From an uncultured beta proteobacterium (GTDB lineage Bacteria; Pseudomonadota; Gammaproteobacteria; Burkholderiales; SG8-39), in NCBI GenBank assembly GCA_963827595.1, contig CAWHBT010000008.1, forward strand, positions 89,640-153,639: DNA of 64,000 nucleotides. The letters run 5' to 3'. Every line of letters starts with the position of its first letter. Within the stretch, counting starts at the first letter, position 1. Both the position numbers and the translations under genes were made by a program. This document shows, piece by piece, positions 1 through 11,806 of this stretch. The notes beneath the pieces are model-generated. The model was not told where the DNA came from, ran no database searches, and was given only the letters and a program-made list of their open reading frames with translations.

Positions 1-3000
1 CTCGACGCCGATCGCCTCCGCGTGCAGCTCACGACGGCCGGCTACAGCCACGTCACGCAGGTCGTCGCCCCGGGCGAGTACTGCGTGCGCGGCGGCCTGA
101 TCGACCTGTTCCCGATGGGCTCCGCGCTGCCCTACCGGATCGAGCTCGCGGATAACGAGATCGAGTCGATCCGCACGTTCGACGTCGACACGCAGCGCAC
201 GCTCTACAAGGTTCCCGCGATCCGCCTCCTGCCGGCGCGCGAGTTCCCGCTCGACGACGCCGGGCGAACGCGGTTCCGGGCGCGCTTTCGGGAGGCGTTC
301 GAGGGCGATGCCTCCAAATCGCCGGTCTACAAGGACGTCTCGAACGGCGTCGCCCCGGCGGGCATCGAGTACTACCTTCCGCTCTTCTTCGACGCCACCG
401 CCACGCTGCTCGACTACCTGCCCCGGGGCACCGCCCTCGTCACCCACCACGACGTGCACGCCGCGATCGACGAGTTCTGGCGCGACGCGCGGTCCCGCTT
501 CCAGCTTCTGCACGGCGACCGGACCCGGCCGCTCCTTCCGCCCGAGAGCCTCTTCCTCGGCGCCGAGGAGTTCTTCGTCGCCGCGCAGCCGTTCGAGCGC
601 CTCGACCTCCACCCGCCGCAGCTCGCTCGCGACGACGCCGACCGCCTTGCCACCGCGCCGCTGCCGGCCGTGGCGGTCGAGCGGCGCGCCGCCGATCCGG
701 TCCACGCCCTGAAGGCGTTCCTGGGCGCGACCCCGATGCGGACGCTGCTCCTCGCCGAGTCCCCCGGGCGCCGCGAGACGATGAACGAGTACCTCGGGCA
801 GTACGGGCTCGCGCCGCAGCCGGCCGCGAGCTTCGCGGCGTTTCTCGCCAGCCCGGAGCGGCTCATGCTCGGGGTTGCGCCGCTGGCCGCGGGCTTCGCG
901 CTCCCCCCCGGACGCGGCGAAGGCTGGGGCGCGCCGGGACTCGACGCCGGCATCGCCATCGTCACCGAAGCCGAGCTCTACGCGGGGACCGCCCGCGCCC
1001 GGGGCCGCCGCGACCAGGCGAAGCGCAGCACCATCGAAGGGATGCTCCGCGACCTCTCGGAGCTCTCGATCGGCGACCCGGTCGTGCACGAGAGCCACGG
1101 CATCGGCCGCTACCGCGGCCTCGTGAGCCTCGACCTCGGGGAGGGCGAGGCCGAGTTCCTGCAGCTCGAGTACGCCGACGCCGACAAGCTGTACGTCCCG
1201 GTCGCGCAGCTGCACACGATCGGCCGCTATTCCGGCGGCCCCGCCGAGGCCGCGCCCCTCCACAAGCTCGGCGGCGCCGAATGGGACAAGGCGAAGCGCC
1301 GGGCGGCGGCGCAGGTCCGCGATACTGCCGCCGAGCTCCTCGCGCTGTACGCTCAGCGCGCGGCCCGCCAGGGCCGGACGTTTACCGTCAAGGAGCACGA
1401 CGTCGATGCCTTCGCGGAAGGCTTCGGCTTCGAGGAGACGCCGGACCAGGCGGCGGCGATCGAGGCGGTGGTCTCCGACATGCGCACGGGCCGGCCGATG
1501 GATCGTCTGGTGTGCGGCGATGTCGGCTTCGGCAAGACCGAGGTTGCGCTCCGCGCCGCGTTCGTGGCGGTCGCCGACGGCCAGCAGGTGGCAGTCCTCG
1601 CGCCGACCACGCTGCTCGCCGAGCAGCACTTCAACACCTTTTCCGACCGCTTCGCCGACTGGCCGGTGCGCATCGCGGAGCTCTCCCGGTTCCGGACCGG
1701 AAAGGAGCAGGCGGACGTGCTCCAGGGGCTCGCGGCCGGGCGCGTCGACATCGTGATCGGCACCCACAAGCTGCTCTCGCGCGACGTGCGGTTCGCGCGC
1801 CTCGGGCTGGTCATCGTCGACGAGGAGCACCGCTTCGGCGTGCGGCAGAAGGAGCGCCTCAAGCAGCTCCGCGCAGAGGTCGACGCGCTGACGCTCACCG
1901 CGACCCCCATCCCGCGCACGCTCGCGATGTCGCTCGAGGGCCTGCGCGATCTGTCAGTGATCGCCACGGCGCCGGCGCGGCGCCTCGCCATCAAGACCTT
2001 CGTCACGTCCTACTCCGGCGGCATCATCCGCGAGGCGTGCCTGCGGGAGCTCAAGCGCGGCGGCCAGATCTACTTCCTCCACAACGAGGTCGAGTCGATC
2101 GAGGCGCAAGCCGAGAAGCTCGCCGCGCTGGTCCCGGAAGCGCGGATCGCGGTCGCGCACGGACAGTTGCGCGAGCGGCAGCTCGAGCGCGTGATGCGCG
2201 AGTTCCTCCAGCAGCGCACCAACCTGCTCGTGTGCTCGACGATCATCGAGACCGGGATCGACATTCCGACGGCGAACACGATCCTCATCGGCCGCGCCGA
2301 CCGGTTCGGGCTCGCGCAGCTCCACCAGCTCCGCGGGCGGGTCGGCCGGTCGCATCACCAGGCGTACGCCTACCTGCTCGTCCCCCCCGAGGACGCGCTG
2401 CGGGGCAACGCGCGGAAGCGCCTGGAGGCGATCCAGATGATGGACGAGCTCGGGTCCGGCTTCTACCTGGCAATGCACGACCTCGAGATCCGCGGCGCGG
2501 GGGAAGTGCTCGGGGAGTCGCAAAGCGGGCAGATGCAGGAGATCGGCTTCAACCTCTACAACGACATGCTCGCCCACGCCGTGCGCAGCCTGAAGGCCGG
2601 TCGCGAGCCCGACCTCACGCAGCCGCTCGGCGTCACGACCGAGATCAACCTGCACGTCGCGGCGCTCCTGCCGGCCGACTATTGCGCCGACGTCCATGAG
2701 CGGCTGGTGCTGTACAAGCGCCTCGCGAACTGCGACACCGAAGCGGCCCTGGAGTTGATGCAGGAGGAGCTCGTCGATCGCTTCGGGCTGCTGCCCGAGC
2801 CGGCGCTGGCGCTCGTCGAGAGCCACCGCCTGCGGATCCTCGCCCATCCGCTCGGCGTGACCCGCATCGACGCGCCGAACGATCACGTGCAGCTCCAGTT
2901 CGGCCCGCATCCGGCGGTCGATCCGGCTCGGGTGCTCGAGCTCGTCCAGAAGCGCCGTGGCTGGAAGCTCGCCGGGCCGACCAAGCTGCGCGTCACGGCG

Positions 3001-3072
3001 AGCTCGACTACGCCCAGGGAGCGGGCGCAGGCGGTCCGGGGCGTCCTGGAGGAGCTCGCGCCGCGCGCGTGA
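1..3072 (+). CDS. mfd: Transcription-repair coupling factor Mfd (5' end outside window)
   Basis: Frame is open from base 1 to TGA 3070-3072. Translation has the RNAP-interaction segment GDPVVHESHGIGRY and SF2 helicase motifs GDVGFGKTEVA, VIVDEEHRFG and LTATPIPRTL, plus a C-terminal TRCF domain. About 1020 aa are visible of a longer family. Confidence 0.95.
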   Translation, partial: LDADRLRVQLTTAGYSHVTQVVAPGEYCVRGGLIDLFPMGSALPYRIELADNEIESIRTFDVDTQRTLYKVPAIRLLPAREFPLDDAGRTRFRARFREAFEGDASKSPVYKDVSNGVAPAGIEYYLPLFFDATATLLDYLPRGTALVTHHDVHAAIDEFWRDARSRFQLLHGDRTRPLLPPESLFLGAEEFFVAAQPFERLDLHPPQLARDDADRLATAPLPAVAVERRAADPVHALKAFLGATPMRTLLLAESPGRRETMNEYLGQYGLAPQPAASFAAFLASPERLMLGVAPLAAGFALPPGRGEGWGAPGLDAGIAIVTEAELYAGTARARGRRDQAKRSTIEGMLRDLSELSIGDPVVHESHGIGRYRGLVSLDLGEGEAEFLQLEYADADKLYVPVAQLHTIGRYSGGPAEAAPLHKLGGAEWDKAKRRAAAQVRDTAAELLALYAQRAARQGRTFTVKEHDVDAFAEGFGFEETPDQAAAIEAVVSDMRTGRPMDRLVCGDVGFGKTEVALRAAFVAVADGQQVAVLAPTTLLAEQHFNTFSDRFADWPVRIAELSRFRTGKEQADVLQGLAAGRVDIVIGTHKLLSRDVRFARLGLVIVDEEHRFGVRQKERLKQLRAEVDALTLTATPIPRTLAMSLEGLRDLSVIATAPARRLAIKTFVTSYSGGIIREACLRELKRGGQIYFLHNEVESIEAQAEKLAALVPEARIAVAHGQLRERQLERVMREFLQQRTNLLVCSTIIETGIDIPTANTILIGRADRFGLAQLHQLRGRVGRSHHQAYAYLLVPPEDALRGNARKRLEAIQMMDELGSGFYLAMHDLEIRGAGEVLGESQSGQMQEIGFNLYNDMLAHAVRSLKAGREPDLTQPLGVTTEINLHVAALLPADYCADVHERLVLYKRLANCDTEAALELMQEELVDRFGLLPEPALALVESHRLRILAHPLGVTRIDAPNDHVQLQFGPHPAVDPARVLELVQKRRGWKLAGPTKLRVTASSTTPRERAQAVRGVLEELAPRA

Positions 3073-3831
3073 CTACTTGTCAGCGACCTTGCGGAGCCGC
3101 GTCGGATCGAAGCGCTCGACCACCGCCCGCTCGTCCTCCGCGTCGTGCCCCTGCAGCCGTTCGAGCTGCTCGGTGACCTCGGCGAGGCGCCGCTCGAGCT
3201 CCGCCGTGTGGTCGGTGAGGCCCCGGATTGCCTGGGCGACCGGGTCGTCGTCGCCGCTCGTGAGCCCGTAGGCCGAGAAGCCGAGCTTCGCCGCATGCGC
3301 CTCGCGCGCCTGCTGGCGACGGTCCTCGATGATCTTTGCGGGGATGCCGACGGCGGTCGCCTCCGGCGGGACATCCTTCACGACCACCGCATTGGAGCCG
3401 ACCTTGGCGCCGTCGCCGACGACGATCGGCCCGAGGATCTTCGCCCCGGCCCCGACCACCACGCCCCGGCCCAGCGTCGGATGCCGCTTGCCCTTGTTCC
3501 AGCTGGTGCCCCCGAGGGTCACGCCGTGATACAGCGTGCAGTCGTCGCCGATCTCCGCGGTCTCGCCGATCACGACGCCCATGCCATGATCGATGAACAC
3601 GCGCCGGCCGATCGTCGCGCCCGGGTGAATCTCGATGCCCGTCAGCCACCGCGCCAGATGCGAGATGAACCGCGCGAGCCAGCGCAGGCGGGCGCCCCAC
3701 AGCCGGTGCGAGACGCGATGGACGGTCAGCGCGTGAAAACCGGGGTAGCACGTCAGGACTTCCCAGGCGGATCGGGCCGCGGGATCGCGGTCGAATACGC
3801 TGGCGATGTCTTCTCGAATACGCGTGAACAT
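3073..3831 (-). CDS. cysE: Serine O-acetyltransferase
   Basis: Hexapeptide-repeat core [30 protein letters not shown] and [24 protein letters not shown]. Start placed at MFTRIREDI; the ORF could extend to ATG 3846. Stop abuts the mfd stop with no spacer. Confidence 0.9.
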   Translation of the reverse strand: MFTRIREDIASVFDRDPAARSAWEVLTCYPGFHALTVHRVSHRLWGARLRWLARFISHLARWLTGIEIHPGATIGRRVFIDHGMGVVIGETAEIGDDCTLYHGVTLGGTSWNKGKRHPTLGRGVVVGAGAKILGPIVVGDGAKVGSNAVVVKDVPPEATAVGIPAKIIEDRRQQAREAHAAKLGFSAYGLTSGDDDPVAQAIRGLTDHTAELERRLAEVTEQLERLQGHDAEDERAVVERFDPTRLRKVADK

Positions 3832-3866
3832 GGCTGGATTATCCAAAACCCTAGTGATTCAGTCAA

Positions 3867-4643
3867 CTATTCCCGATCGCCCTCGCCGTCCCATGCCGTC
3901 AGGAGGCCGCGCAGCAGGTTGAGCTCCTCCCGCTCGAGCCGCGTGCGGCCGAACAGCCGCCGCACGCGCTCCATCAGGCGACCCGGGTTCGCAGGGTCGA
4001 GGAACCCGCTCGCGATGGCATTGCGCTCGAAGTGGGCATAGAAGCTCTCGATGTCCGCGAAGGTCGCCGCGTCGAAGCGCTGGTTGCCGGGGACGGCCGG
4101 GCCGGACGCCGCGACGTGCAGCTCGTACGCCATGACCTGGACCGCGGCGGCGAGATTCAGCGACGAGTAGGTCGGGCTCGTGGCGATGTGCGCCACCCGC
4201 TGGCACTTGATCACCTCGTCGTTCGCGAGCCCCGCGATCTCGGTGCCGAAGACGAGCGCCACCTCGCCACCCTGGGCGCACTCGGCCGCCGCGAGCCCGG
4301 CCGCCGCGCGCGCATCCAGCGCCAGGTGGGAGAGTTCCCTCCGCCGTGCAGTGAGCGCGATCGCCAGGGTCGTCCCGGCGAGCGCCTCGTCGAGCGTGGC
4401 ACATACGCGAGCCGCCGCGAGCACGTCGTCGGCCCCGGTCGCCATCGCGTCGGCCTGCGGATCCGGAAACCGGCGCGGGCCCACGAGCGCGAGGCGCGCG
4501 AGCCCCATCGTCTTCATCGCCCGCGCCGCGGCGCCGATGTTGCCGGGATGAGTGGTGCGCACCAGCACGACGCGCACGCGCGCCAGCGAATCACTGCCCG
4601 AACCGCCGTCCCGATTCGATAGAATCGCGCCTTCCCGGCTCAC
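3867..4643 (-). CDS. trmJ: SpoU/TrmH-class tRNA 2'-O-methyltransferase (TrmJ-like)
   Basis: N-terminal [25 protein letters not shown] is typical of TrmJ. ATG 4643 may be over-extended; the in-frame GTG at 4577 would leave a normal divergent promoter gap to suhB. Confidence 0.8.
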   Translation of the reverse strand: MSREGAILSNRDGGSGSDSLARVRVVLVRTTHPGNIGAAARAMKTMGLARLALVGPRRFPDPQADAMATGADDVLAAARVCATLDEALAGTTLAIALTARRRELSHLALDARAAAGLAAAECAQGGEVALVFGTEIAGLANDEVIKCQRVAHIATSPTYSSLNLAAAVQVMAYELHVAASGPAVPGNQRFDAATFADIESFYAHFERNAIASGFLDPANPGRLMERVRRLFGRTRLEREELNLLRGLLTAWDGEGDRE

Positions 4644-4663
4644 GCCCTCCCCCGCCGCAGTCG

Positions 4664-5473
4664 ATGCACCCGCTCCATCCGATGCTCCACATCGCCGTCA
4701 AGGCGGCGCGCCGCGCGGGCGCGATCATCAACCGCGCCGCGCGCGATCTCGGCGGCATCACGGTCACCGCGAAACGCCAGAACGACTTCGTCACCGAAGT
4801 CGACCGCGCGGCGGAGGCCGCGGTGATCGAGACGCTGCGCAAAGCCTACCCCGACCACGCCATCCTCGCCGAGGAATCGGGCGCGGACGGCGCATCGGAC
4901 TATACCTGGATCATCGACCCGCTCGACGGCACGACGAACTTCATCCACGGCTTCCCGCAATACGCGGTGTCGATCGGGCTTCGCCACCGCGACCTGATCA
5001 CCCAGGCGGTGGTCTACGATCCCGGCCGCAACGAGCTGTTCACGGCCAGCCGGGGACGGGGCGCGTTCCTGGACGACCGCCGGATCCGGGTGTCGAAGCG
5101 GACGCATCTGCACGATGCCCTGATCGGGACCGGTTTTCCGTATCGCGAGATCGCGCATCTCGACGAGTACCTCCGCATGCTGAAGGGCGTCACGCAGAAC
5201 GCCGCCGGCGTCCGGCGCGCCGGAGCGGCAGCGCTCGATCTCGCGTACATCGCCGCGGGACGCCTGGACGGGTTTTGGGAACTCGGCCTGTCGCCGTGGG
5301 ACATGGCCGCCGGAAGCCTCCTCATCTCCGAGGCTGGCGGCCTGGTGAGCGATCTCGACGGCGAGCCGAACTATCTCGACGCCGGCCACGTCGTGGCCGG
5401 GTCGCCGAAGGTCTTCGCCCAACTGCTGCAGGTCGTGCAGGCGGCGCGGGACAAGCGCGGCGCGCCGGTTTGA
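4664..5473 (+). CDS. suhB: Inositol monophosphatase family protein
   Basis: Motifs [15 protein letters not shown] and [15 protein letters not shown]; 269 aa. Confidence 0.9.
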   Translation: MHPLHPMLHIAVKAARRAGAIINRAARDLGGITVTAKRQNDFVTEVDRAAEAAVIETLRKAYPDHAILAEESGADGASDYTWIIDPLDGTTNFIHGFPQYAVSIGLRHRDLITQAVVYDPGRNELFTASRGRGAFLDDRRIRVSKRTHLHDALIGTGFPYREIAHLDEYLRMLKGVTQNAAGVRRAGAAALDLAYIAAGRLDGFWELGLSPWDMAAGSLLISEAGGLVSDLDGEPNYLDAGHVVAGSPKVFAQLLQVVQAARDKRGAPV

Positions 5474-5531
5474 GCTAGCGTTCAGTCGATTCCCGCGGGC
5501 CATCGACCCGCCTCGTCCCTGATCTACCTCC

Positions 5532-6767
5532 ATGACCGCCGCCCAAAACCGCCATTCGATGCTGGTCCTGATCGTGCTGAGCGGGCTGATCATCTCGATC
5601 TGCATGGGATTGCGCCAGAGCCTCGGCCTGTTCATGCGGCCGATGACGCTCGACCTGGGGATCTCGGCGGCGACCTTCGGCTTCTCGATCGCGCTGCAAA
5701 ACATCGTCTGGGGCGTGTCGCAGCCCTTCGTCGGCGCGCTCGCCGACCGCTATGGCCCGCGGCCGGTGCTGGTCGTTACCGCGCTGCTGTACGCCGCCGG
5801 GCTGCTGCTGATGGTGGTCTCCAAGAGCGTCCCGGGCGGGCTGGAGGTGGCGGGCTTTCTCATCGGCATCGGCACCGCCGGCGCGGGCTTCGGCGTTCTG
5901 ATCGGCACCATCTCCCGCGCTACGCCGCCCGAGAAGCGCAGCCAGACGGTGGGCCTGGTCGCGGCGGCGGGCTCGCTCGGCACGCTGCTGATCGCACCGG
6001 CGGGTCAGTGGCTGATCGACGGCTTCGGCTGGCAGGCGGCGATGGTGGGTTTCGCCGTCATTGCGGGCTCGATGGCGCTGCTCTCGCTGCCGATCCGCGA
6101 GCAGCCGGTCGCGGGCGGGAATCCGTCCCGCGCAAATCAAAAACTCGGCGAGGCGCTGCGCGAAGCGACGGGCCATCGCGGCTATCTCTTCATGACGCTG
6201 GCGTTCTTCGCTTGCGGCTTCCAGCTCGTGTTCATCACCACGCACTTGCCGGCGTACCTGCAGATCTGCGGCGTGGCGCCCGGCGTGGCGGCGAGCGCGC
6301 TGGGGCTGATCGGCCTGTTCAACGCGGTCGGCACGTACATCTTCGGCCTGCTCGGCGCGCGCTACAGCCAGAAGCACCTGCTAGCGCTGATCTACCTCCT
6401 GCGCACCCTGTTCATCGTCATCTTCCTGCTCGTGCCGATCAGCGCGGCCTCCACGCTGGTGTTCGCCGCGGCAATGGGGTTTCTCTGGCTCGGCGTCGCG
6501 CCGCTGGTCACCGGGATCATCGGCCGGGTGTTCGGCCTGACGCACTTCAACACCCTCTACGGCGTCGTGTTCCTCAGCCACCAGGTCGGCTCGTTCTTTG
6601 GTGCCTGGATGGGTGGTCTCGTGTTCGATCGCACCGGCAACTACAACTTCGCCTGGGGCGCGTTGATCGTGATCGGCGTCACCGCCTTCACGCTGCAGTG
6701 GCTGATGGACGAGCGCCCGCCGCGGGAGCGCAAACCCGTCGGCCAGGCGGCGCCGCTGCCTGCATGA
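5532..6767 (+). CDS. MFS transporter
   Basis: 411-aa ORF made of repeated hydrophobic segments with short charged loops. ADRYGPRP after TM2 resembles the MFS loop signature. Substrate unknown. Confidence 0.75.
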   Translation: MTAAQNRHSMLVLIVLSGLIISICMGLRQSLGLFMRPMTLDLGISAATFGFSIALQNIVWGVSQPFVGALADRYGPRPVLVVTALLYAAGLLLMVVSKSVPGGLEVAGFLIGIGTAGAGFGVLIGTISRATPPEKRSQTVGLVAAAGSLGTLLIAPAGQWLIDGFGWQAAMVGFAVIAGSMALLSLPIREQPVAGGNPSRANQKLGEALREATGHRGYLFMTLAFFACGFQLVFITTHLPAYLQICGVAPGVAASALGLIGLFNAVGTYIFGLLGARYSQKHLLALIYLLRTLFIVIFLLVPISAASTLVFAAAMGFLWLGVAPLVTGIIGRVFGLTHFNTLYGVVFLSHQVGSFFGAWMGGLVFDRTGNYNFAWGALIVIGVTAFTLQWLMDERPPRERKPVGQAAPLPA

Positions 6768-6868
6768 GCTCGGGAGCACGGCACCCCGACGATCGCAGGG
6801 GCTAGAATCCGCGCCACCACGGCGAGCCGCGCGAAGATCCCGCGAGAATCCGGTCAGGCGATCAAAAC

Positions 6869-9439
6869 GTGAAGCGCGACAGCGACTTGCCGAGCCAGCT
6901 CGACAAGCACACCCCGATGATGCAGCAGTACCTGGGCCTCAAAGCCCAGTACCCGGCGCTGCTCCTCTTCTATCGCATGGGGGACTTCTACGAGCTGTTC
7001 TACGACGACGCCGAGAAGGCCGCGGGGCTGCTCGACATCACCCTGACGACGCGCGGAGCGTCCGCGGGCGCGCCGATCAAGATGGCCGGCGTTCCGTGGC
7101 ACTCGATCGAGCAGTACCTCGCGAAGCTCGTCAAGCTCGGCGAGTCCGCGGCGATCTGCGAGCAGATCGGCGATCCCGCGACCGCGAAGGGCCCGGTCGA
7201 GCGGGCGGTGACGAGGGTCGTGACGCCCGGGACGCTCACCGAGGCCGCGCTGCTCGACGAGAAGGCCGACAACCTTTTGCTTGCGGTCGCCACGGAGCGG
7301 AGCCGCATCGGGTTGGCGTGGCTCAACCTCGCCAGCGGCGAGTTTCGCGCCGCCGAAGCGCCCGCCCGGGTGCTCGCCGACGAGCTCCAGCGGATTCGGC
7401 CGGCCGAGGTCCTCGTCGCCGACGGGGCGAACCTCGAGCTGCCCGAGGACGCTGCCGCGCTGACGCGCCTGCCGGCGTGGCAGTTCGATCTCGATGCCGC
7501 GCGGCGGACCCTGACCGAGCACTTCGGGGTCCGCGATCTCGCCGGCTTCGGCTGCGAGGACTTCGGCCCCGCGATCGCTGCCGCCGGCGCGCTCCTCGCC
7601 TACGCGCGCAAGACCCAGTCCCAGACCCTGACCCACGTGGTCGCGCTCGTACCGGAACGCGACGACGTTTTCGTCCGGATGGACGGCGCGACGCGTCGCA
7701 GCCTGGAGCTGACCGAAACGCTGCGCGGCACGCCCTCCCCGACGCTTTTCAGCCTGCTCGACGTCTGCGCGATCGGCATGGGGAGTCGACTGCTTCGTCA
7801 CTGGCTGCATCATCCGTTGCGCGACCGAGCGAGCGCTGCCGAGCGGCACGCGGCCGTCGAAGCGCTGTGCGGCGAGACCGGCACCGGTGTTCACCGCGCC
7901 GTCCACGCCGCCCTGCGTGGCGTCGCCGACATGGAGCGCATCACCGGGCGGATCGCACTCCGCACCGCCCGTCCGCGCGATCTCGCCGGCCTGCGGGGCT
8001 CGCTCGCGGTCATGCCGGAACTGCAGCGGCTCTTGGGCGGTGTTGGCGCGGCGCGGCTCACGGCGCTGGCCGCCGAGATTTCGCCACCGGCCGACTGCGT
8101 GGAGCTGTTGCGGCGGGCGATCGCCGCGGAACCCTCCCCGATGGTGCGCGACGGCGGCGTCATCGCCGCCGGCTACAGCGCCGAGCTCGACGAGCTGCGC
8201 GCGCTCCAGACCAACGCCGGGGAGTTCCTGGTCGCGCTCGAGAGCCGCGAGCGCGAGCGGACCGGCATCCCGAACCTGCGCGTCGAGTACAACCGCGTCC
8301 ACGGCTTCTACATCGAGGTCACCAACGCCCACGCCGCGAAGGTCCCGGCCGACTACCGCCGCCGGCAGACGCTGAAGAACGCCGAGCGGTACATCACGCC
8401 CGAACTGAAGACCTTCGAGGACAAGGCGCTCTCGGCCCAGGAGCGCGCGGCGGCGCTGGAGAAGCGGCTCTACGACGACGTGCTCGCCGAGCTCGCGCCC
8501 GCCGCGCCCCGGCTGCACGCGCTCGCGCGCGCGGTCGCCGAGGCCGACGTGCTCGCCGCCCTCGCCGCCAGCGCGGTCGCGCGCGACTGGCGCCGCCCGG
8601 AGTTCGTCGACGAGCTCGCGATCGAGATCGACGCCGGCCGCCATCCGGTCGTGGAGGCGGAGATCGACCGGTTCATCGCCAACGACACCCGGCTCGCGCC
8701 GACCCGCCGGCTGCTCCTGATCACCGGTCCAAACATGGGCGGCAAGTCGACCTACATGCGGCAGGTAGCGCTGATCGTGCTGCTCGCGCACATCGGGAGC
8801 TTCGTGCCCGCGCGCGCTGCGCGCATCGGGCCGGTCGACCAGGTGTTCACCCGGATCGGCGCCGCCGACGATCTCGCGGGCGGGCGCTCAACATTCATGG
8901 TGGAGATGATCGAGACCGCGACCATCCTCCACAACGCGACCGGGAAGAGCCTCGTGCTCGTGGACGAGGTCGGACGGGGCACCTCGACCTTCGACGGGCT
9001 GGCGCTCGCCTGGGCGATCGCCCGCGAGCTCGTCGAGCGCAACCGATCCTATACGCTGTTCGCGACCCACTACTTCGAGCTGACCCGGCTCGCGCAGGAC
9101 TACCGCGAGGTCGCGAACGTCCACCTGGACGCGGTCGAGCACAAGGACCGGATCGTCTTTCTCCACGCGCTCGAGGAAGGGCCGGCGAGCCAGAGCTACG
9201 GGCTGCAGGTCGCCGCGCTCGCCGGCGTTCCGGCGGGGGTCGTCCGCGCGGCGCGACGGTACCTGCAGGAGCTCGAGCACCGGGCGCTGGTGCGCGATGG
9301 GCAGACCGACCTCTTCGTCGCGCCGGCGGCGCCCGAACCGGCCCGCCATCCGGTGCTCGATCTGCTCGACGGAGTCGACGCCGACGAGCTGACGCCGCGC
9401 GACGCGCTCGAGCTCGTCTATCGGCTCAAGAAGCTGTGA
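6869..9439 (+). CDS. mutS: DNA mismatch repair protein MutS
   Basis: GTG start. Has the [10 protein letters not shown]-terminus, Walker [21 protein letters not shown] and [12 protein letters not shown]. Confidence 0.97.
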   Translation: MKRDSDLPSQLDKHTPMMQQYLGLKAQYPALLLFYRMGDFYELFYDDAEKAAGLLDITLTTRGASAGAPIKMAGVPWHSIEQYLAKLVKLGESAAICEQIGDPATAKGPVERAVTRVVTPGTLTEAALLDEKADNLLLAVATERSRIGLAWLNLASGEFRAAEAPARVLADELQRIRPAEVLVADGANLELPEDAAALTRLPAWQFDLDAARRTLTEHFGVRDLAGFGCEDFGPAIAAAGALLAYARKTQSQTLTHVVALVPERDDVFVRMDGATRRSLELTETLRGTPSPTLFSLLDVCAIGMGSRLLRHWLHHPLRDRASAAERHAAVEALCGETGTGVHRAVHAALRGVADMERITGRIALRTARPRDLAGLRGSLAVMPELQRLLGGVGAARLTALAAEISPPADCVELLRRAIAAEPSPMVRDGGVIAAGYSAELDELRALQTNAGEFLVALESRERERTGIPNLRVEYNRVHGFYIEVTNAHAAKVPADYRRRQTLKNAERYITPELKTFEDKALSAQERAAALEKRLYDDVLAELAPAAPRLHALARAVAEADVLAALAASAVARDWRRPEFVDELAIEIDAGRHPVVEAEIDRFIANDTRLAPTRRLLLITGPNMGGKSTYMRQVALIVLLAHIGSFVPARAARIGPVDQVFTRIGAADDLAGGRSTFMVEMIETATILHNATGKSLVLVDEVGRGTSTFDGLALAWAIARELVERNRSYTLFATHYFELTRLAQDYREVANVHLDAVEHKDRIVFLHALEEGPASQSYGLQVAALAGVPAGVVRAARRYLQELEHRALVRDGQTDLFVAPAAPEPARHPVLDLLDGVDADELTPRDALELVYRLKKL

Positions 9440-10380
9440 GGGCGCTGCTCGCGGCGGTGCTTGCGGCGTGGTCGGTCGCCGCGCAGGCGCAAGGCGTCGC
9501 GTTCAGCTTCGCGGTGTTCGGCGACACGCCCTACAACGCGCTCGAGGCCATTGCGGTGCCGCAGGTGCTGCGCGAAGCCGACCAGGCGGGCGTCGCGTTC
9601 GTGGTTCACGTGGGCGACCTGAAGGCCGCGACCGAGCCCTGCAACGATCGGCTGTTGCGGGAGCGGTACGCGCTCCTCGATGCCTCGCCCCGGCCCCTCG
9701 TATTCGTCCCGGGCGACAACGACTGGACCGACTGCCATCTCCAGTCGGCCGGTGGATACGATCCCCGCGAGCGGCTCGACGCCCTGCGGCGGATCTTCTT
9801 TCCCGACGACGAGAGCCTCGGCCGGCAGAAGCTGCGCCTCGTCCGGCAGGGCGACGAGGACCCGCGGTTCCGGCCCTACCGCGAGAACGTCCGGTGGATC
9901 GCCGGCAACGTGGTGTTCGTGACGCTCAACATCCCCGGGAGCAACAACAATCTTGGCCGCAACGCCCAGATGGATGCCGAGCACGCCGCGCGCATGACCG
10001 CCAACTTCGCCTGGCTCACGCAGGCCGTCGCGCTCGCTCGCCAGCCGGCGATTCGCGGTCTCGTCATCTTCGCGCACGCCGATCCGCGGTTCGACCGCCC
10101 CGCCGATCCGGCCGACGGCTATACGGGTTGGCGGTACGCGCTGCGGGCCCACATGGCAACGCTTAACAAGCCCGTGCTGCACGTGCACGGTGATGGACAC
10201 CGCTATCGGGTCGACCAGCCGCTGCGCGACCTGCTCACCCACGACCGCATCACGACGTTCACGCGCGTGGAGGTCTTCGGCTCGCCGGGAGTCGGTTGGG
10301 TGCGAGTAGGCGTCAACCCGGATGAGGCGTCGCCGTTCGCCATCGCGCCCGGCGGCGCTGCGCCGCCGACGACGCAGTAG
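9436..10380 (+). CDS. Secreted calcineurin-like metallophosphoesterase
   Basis: GTG 9436 overlaps the mutS TGA (GTGA). Signal-peptide-like [17 protein letters not shown]. Metal-site motifs [22 protein letters not shown] and VHGDGH. It is the real tail of the spurious 7096-10380 track ORF. Confidence 0.8.
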   Translation: MRALLAAVLAAWSVAAQAQGVAFSFAVFGDTPYNALEAIAVPQVLREADQAGVAFVVHVGDLKAATEPCNDRLLRERYALLDASPRPLVFVPGDNDWTDCHLQSAGGYDPRERLDALRRIFFPDDESLGRQKLRLVRQGDEDPRFRPYRENVRWIAGNVVFVTLNIPGSNNNLGRNAQMDAEHAARMTANFAWLTQAVALARQPAIRGLVIFAHADPRFDRPADPADGYTGWRYALRAHMATLNKPVLHVHGDGHRYRVDQPLRDLLTHDRITTFTRVEVFGSPGVGWVRVGVNPDEASPFAIAPGGAAPPTTQ

Positions 10381-10385
10381 GGGCG

Positions 10386-11792
10386 CTAGGCCCGCTGCGC
10401 GATGTAGGCCTTCACCGCTTCGACATCGGCATCGATCACGTCGGACCGCTGCGGGCGGGACTCGAGGTCCGCGAGATCCTCCGGCCGCGCGGGCGGCCGG
10501 CCCAACGCCTCGCGGATGGTCGCCTCGAACTTCGCGGGCTGAGCTGTCTCCAGGCATACGAGCGGCACCCCGGCCTCGCGATGCGCAAGGCCCGCCTTGA
10601 CGCCGTCGGCGGTGTGCGGGTCGATCACGACGCCATACCTTCGGTCGAGGTCGCGGATCGTCGCGATCCGGTCGGCGTGGGAGCTCCGCGCGGAGACGAA
10701 GCCGAAGCCCGGGAGCTGGGCGAAGTACGGCGTCCCACCCAGGTCGAACTCGCCCGTGGCATCGATCCGCCGCCAGAGGTCGACGACCACCCGCGGGTCG
10801 CGTCCGACGAGGTCGTGCACGAAGCGTTCGAAGTTCGATGCCTTCGAGATGTCCATCGACGGGCTGGAGGTCGATACGACGTCGCCCGGCGGCCGCACCC
10901 GGTAGCGCCCCGTCCGGAAGAACTCGTCGAGGACGTCGTTCTCGTTGGTGGCCACGATCAGGCGCCGGATCGGCAGTCCCATCATCCGGGCGACGTGGCC
11001 CGCGCAGACGTTGCCGAAGTTTCCAGTCGGCACGGCGAACGAGATCTCGTCGTCGTCACGGGTCGTGATCGCAAGCCAGGCCTTGAAGTAATAGACGGCC
11101 TGGGCCACGAGCCGCGCCCAGTTGATCGAGTTCACCGTGCCGATCCGCAGCCGGCGCTTGAACGCCGCATCCGCGGATACCCGCTTGACGATGTCCTGGC
11201 AGTCATCGAAGACGCCGCGCACCGCGAGATTGAAGACGTTCGCGTCCTGGAGCGAGTACATCTGCGCGGTCTGGAACGGGCTCATCTTGCCGAGCGGCGA
11301 CAGCATGAACACCCGGATGCCGCGCCGCCCGCGCAGCGCGTACTCGGCCGCGGAGCCGGTGTCGCCCGAGGTCGCGCCGAGGACATTCAGCGTCTCCCCC
11401 CGCCGCGCCAGCGCATACTCGAACAGCTCCCCGAGGAGCTGCATCGCGATGTCCTTGAACGCCAGGGTCGGGCCGTTCGAGAGCCCGAGCAGATGAAGCC
11501 CCGGCTCCAGCGTTCTCACCGGCGTGATGTCGTCGGCCCCGAAGGTGCCTGCGGTATACGTGCGTCCGATGATCGCCCTCAGGTCCGCGGGCGGGATGTC
11601 GTCAATGTAGCGTGACAGGACCTCGAAAGCGAGCTCGCGATAGCCGAGGCGTCGCCACGCAGCCAGCGTCGCCCGGTCGATCCGCGGGTACGCCTCGGGG
11701 GTCGTCAGCCCGCCGTCGGCGGCGAGGCCGTCGAGGAGGATGTCGGTGAACGCGGTCGGGGGGATCCCGCCGCGCGTGGAGACGTACCGCAC
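10386..11792 (-). CDS. thrC: Threonine synthase
   Basis: VRYVSTRGG N-terminus from GTG 11792; PLP-lysine region GPTLAFKDIAMQLLG; GATSGDTGSAA. It is the real tail of the 10386-12668 track ORF. Confidence 0.93.
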   Translation of the reverse strand: MRYVSTRGGIPPTAFTDILLDGLAADGGLTTPEAYPRIDRATLAAWRRLGYRELAFEVLSRYIDDIPPADLRAIIGRTYTAGTFGADDITPVRTLEPGLHLLGLSNGPTLAFKDIAMQLLGELFEYALARRGETLNVLGATSGDTGSAAEYALRGRRGIRVFMLSPLGKMSPFQTAQMYSLQDANVFNLAVRGVFDDCQDIVKRVSADAAFKRRLRIGTVNSINWARLVAQAVYYFKAWLAITTRDDDEISFAVPTGNFGNVCAGHVARMMGLPIRRLIVATNENDVLDEFFRTGRYRVRPPGDVVSTSSPSMDISKASNFERFVHDLVGRDPRVVVDLWRRIDATGEFDLGGTPYFAQLPGFGFVSARSSHADRIATIRDLDRRYGVVIDPHTADGVKAGLAHREAGVPLVCLETAQPAKFEATIREALGRPPARPEDLADLESRPQRSDVIDADVEAVKAYIAQRA

Positions 11793-11806
11793 GAACCGTG
11801 GGCTCC

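Noticed and set aside
6854-8791. 645-aa minus-strand ORF antisense to mutS
   Set aside because: It lies entirely inside a gene with unmistakable MutS motifs on the other strand. The product has no recognisable motif and shows the biased composition of a GC-rich shadow ORF.
7096-10380. 1094-aa ORF spanning most of mutS in another frame
   Set aside because: The translation is Arg/Ala/Gly/Pro-rich low-complexity sequence typical of an off-frame read through high-GC coding DNA. Only the last 315 codons (from GTG 9436) look like a real protein, the metallophosphoesterase.
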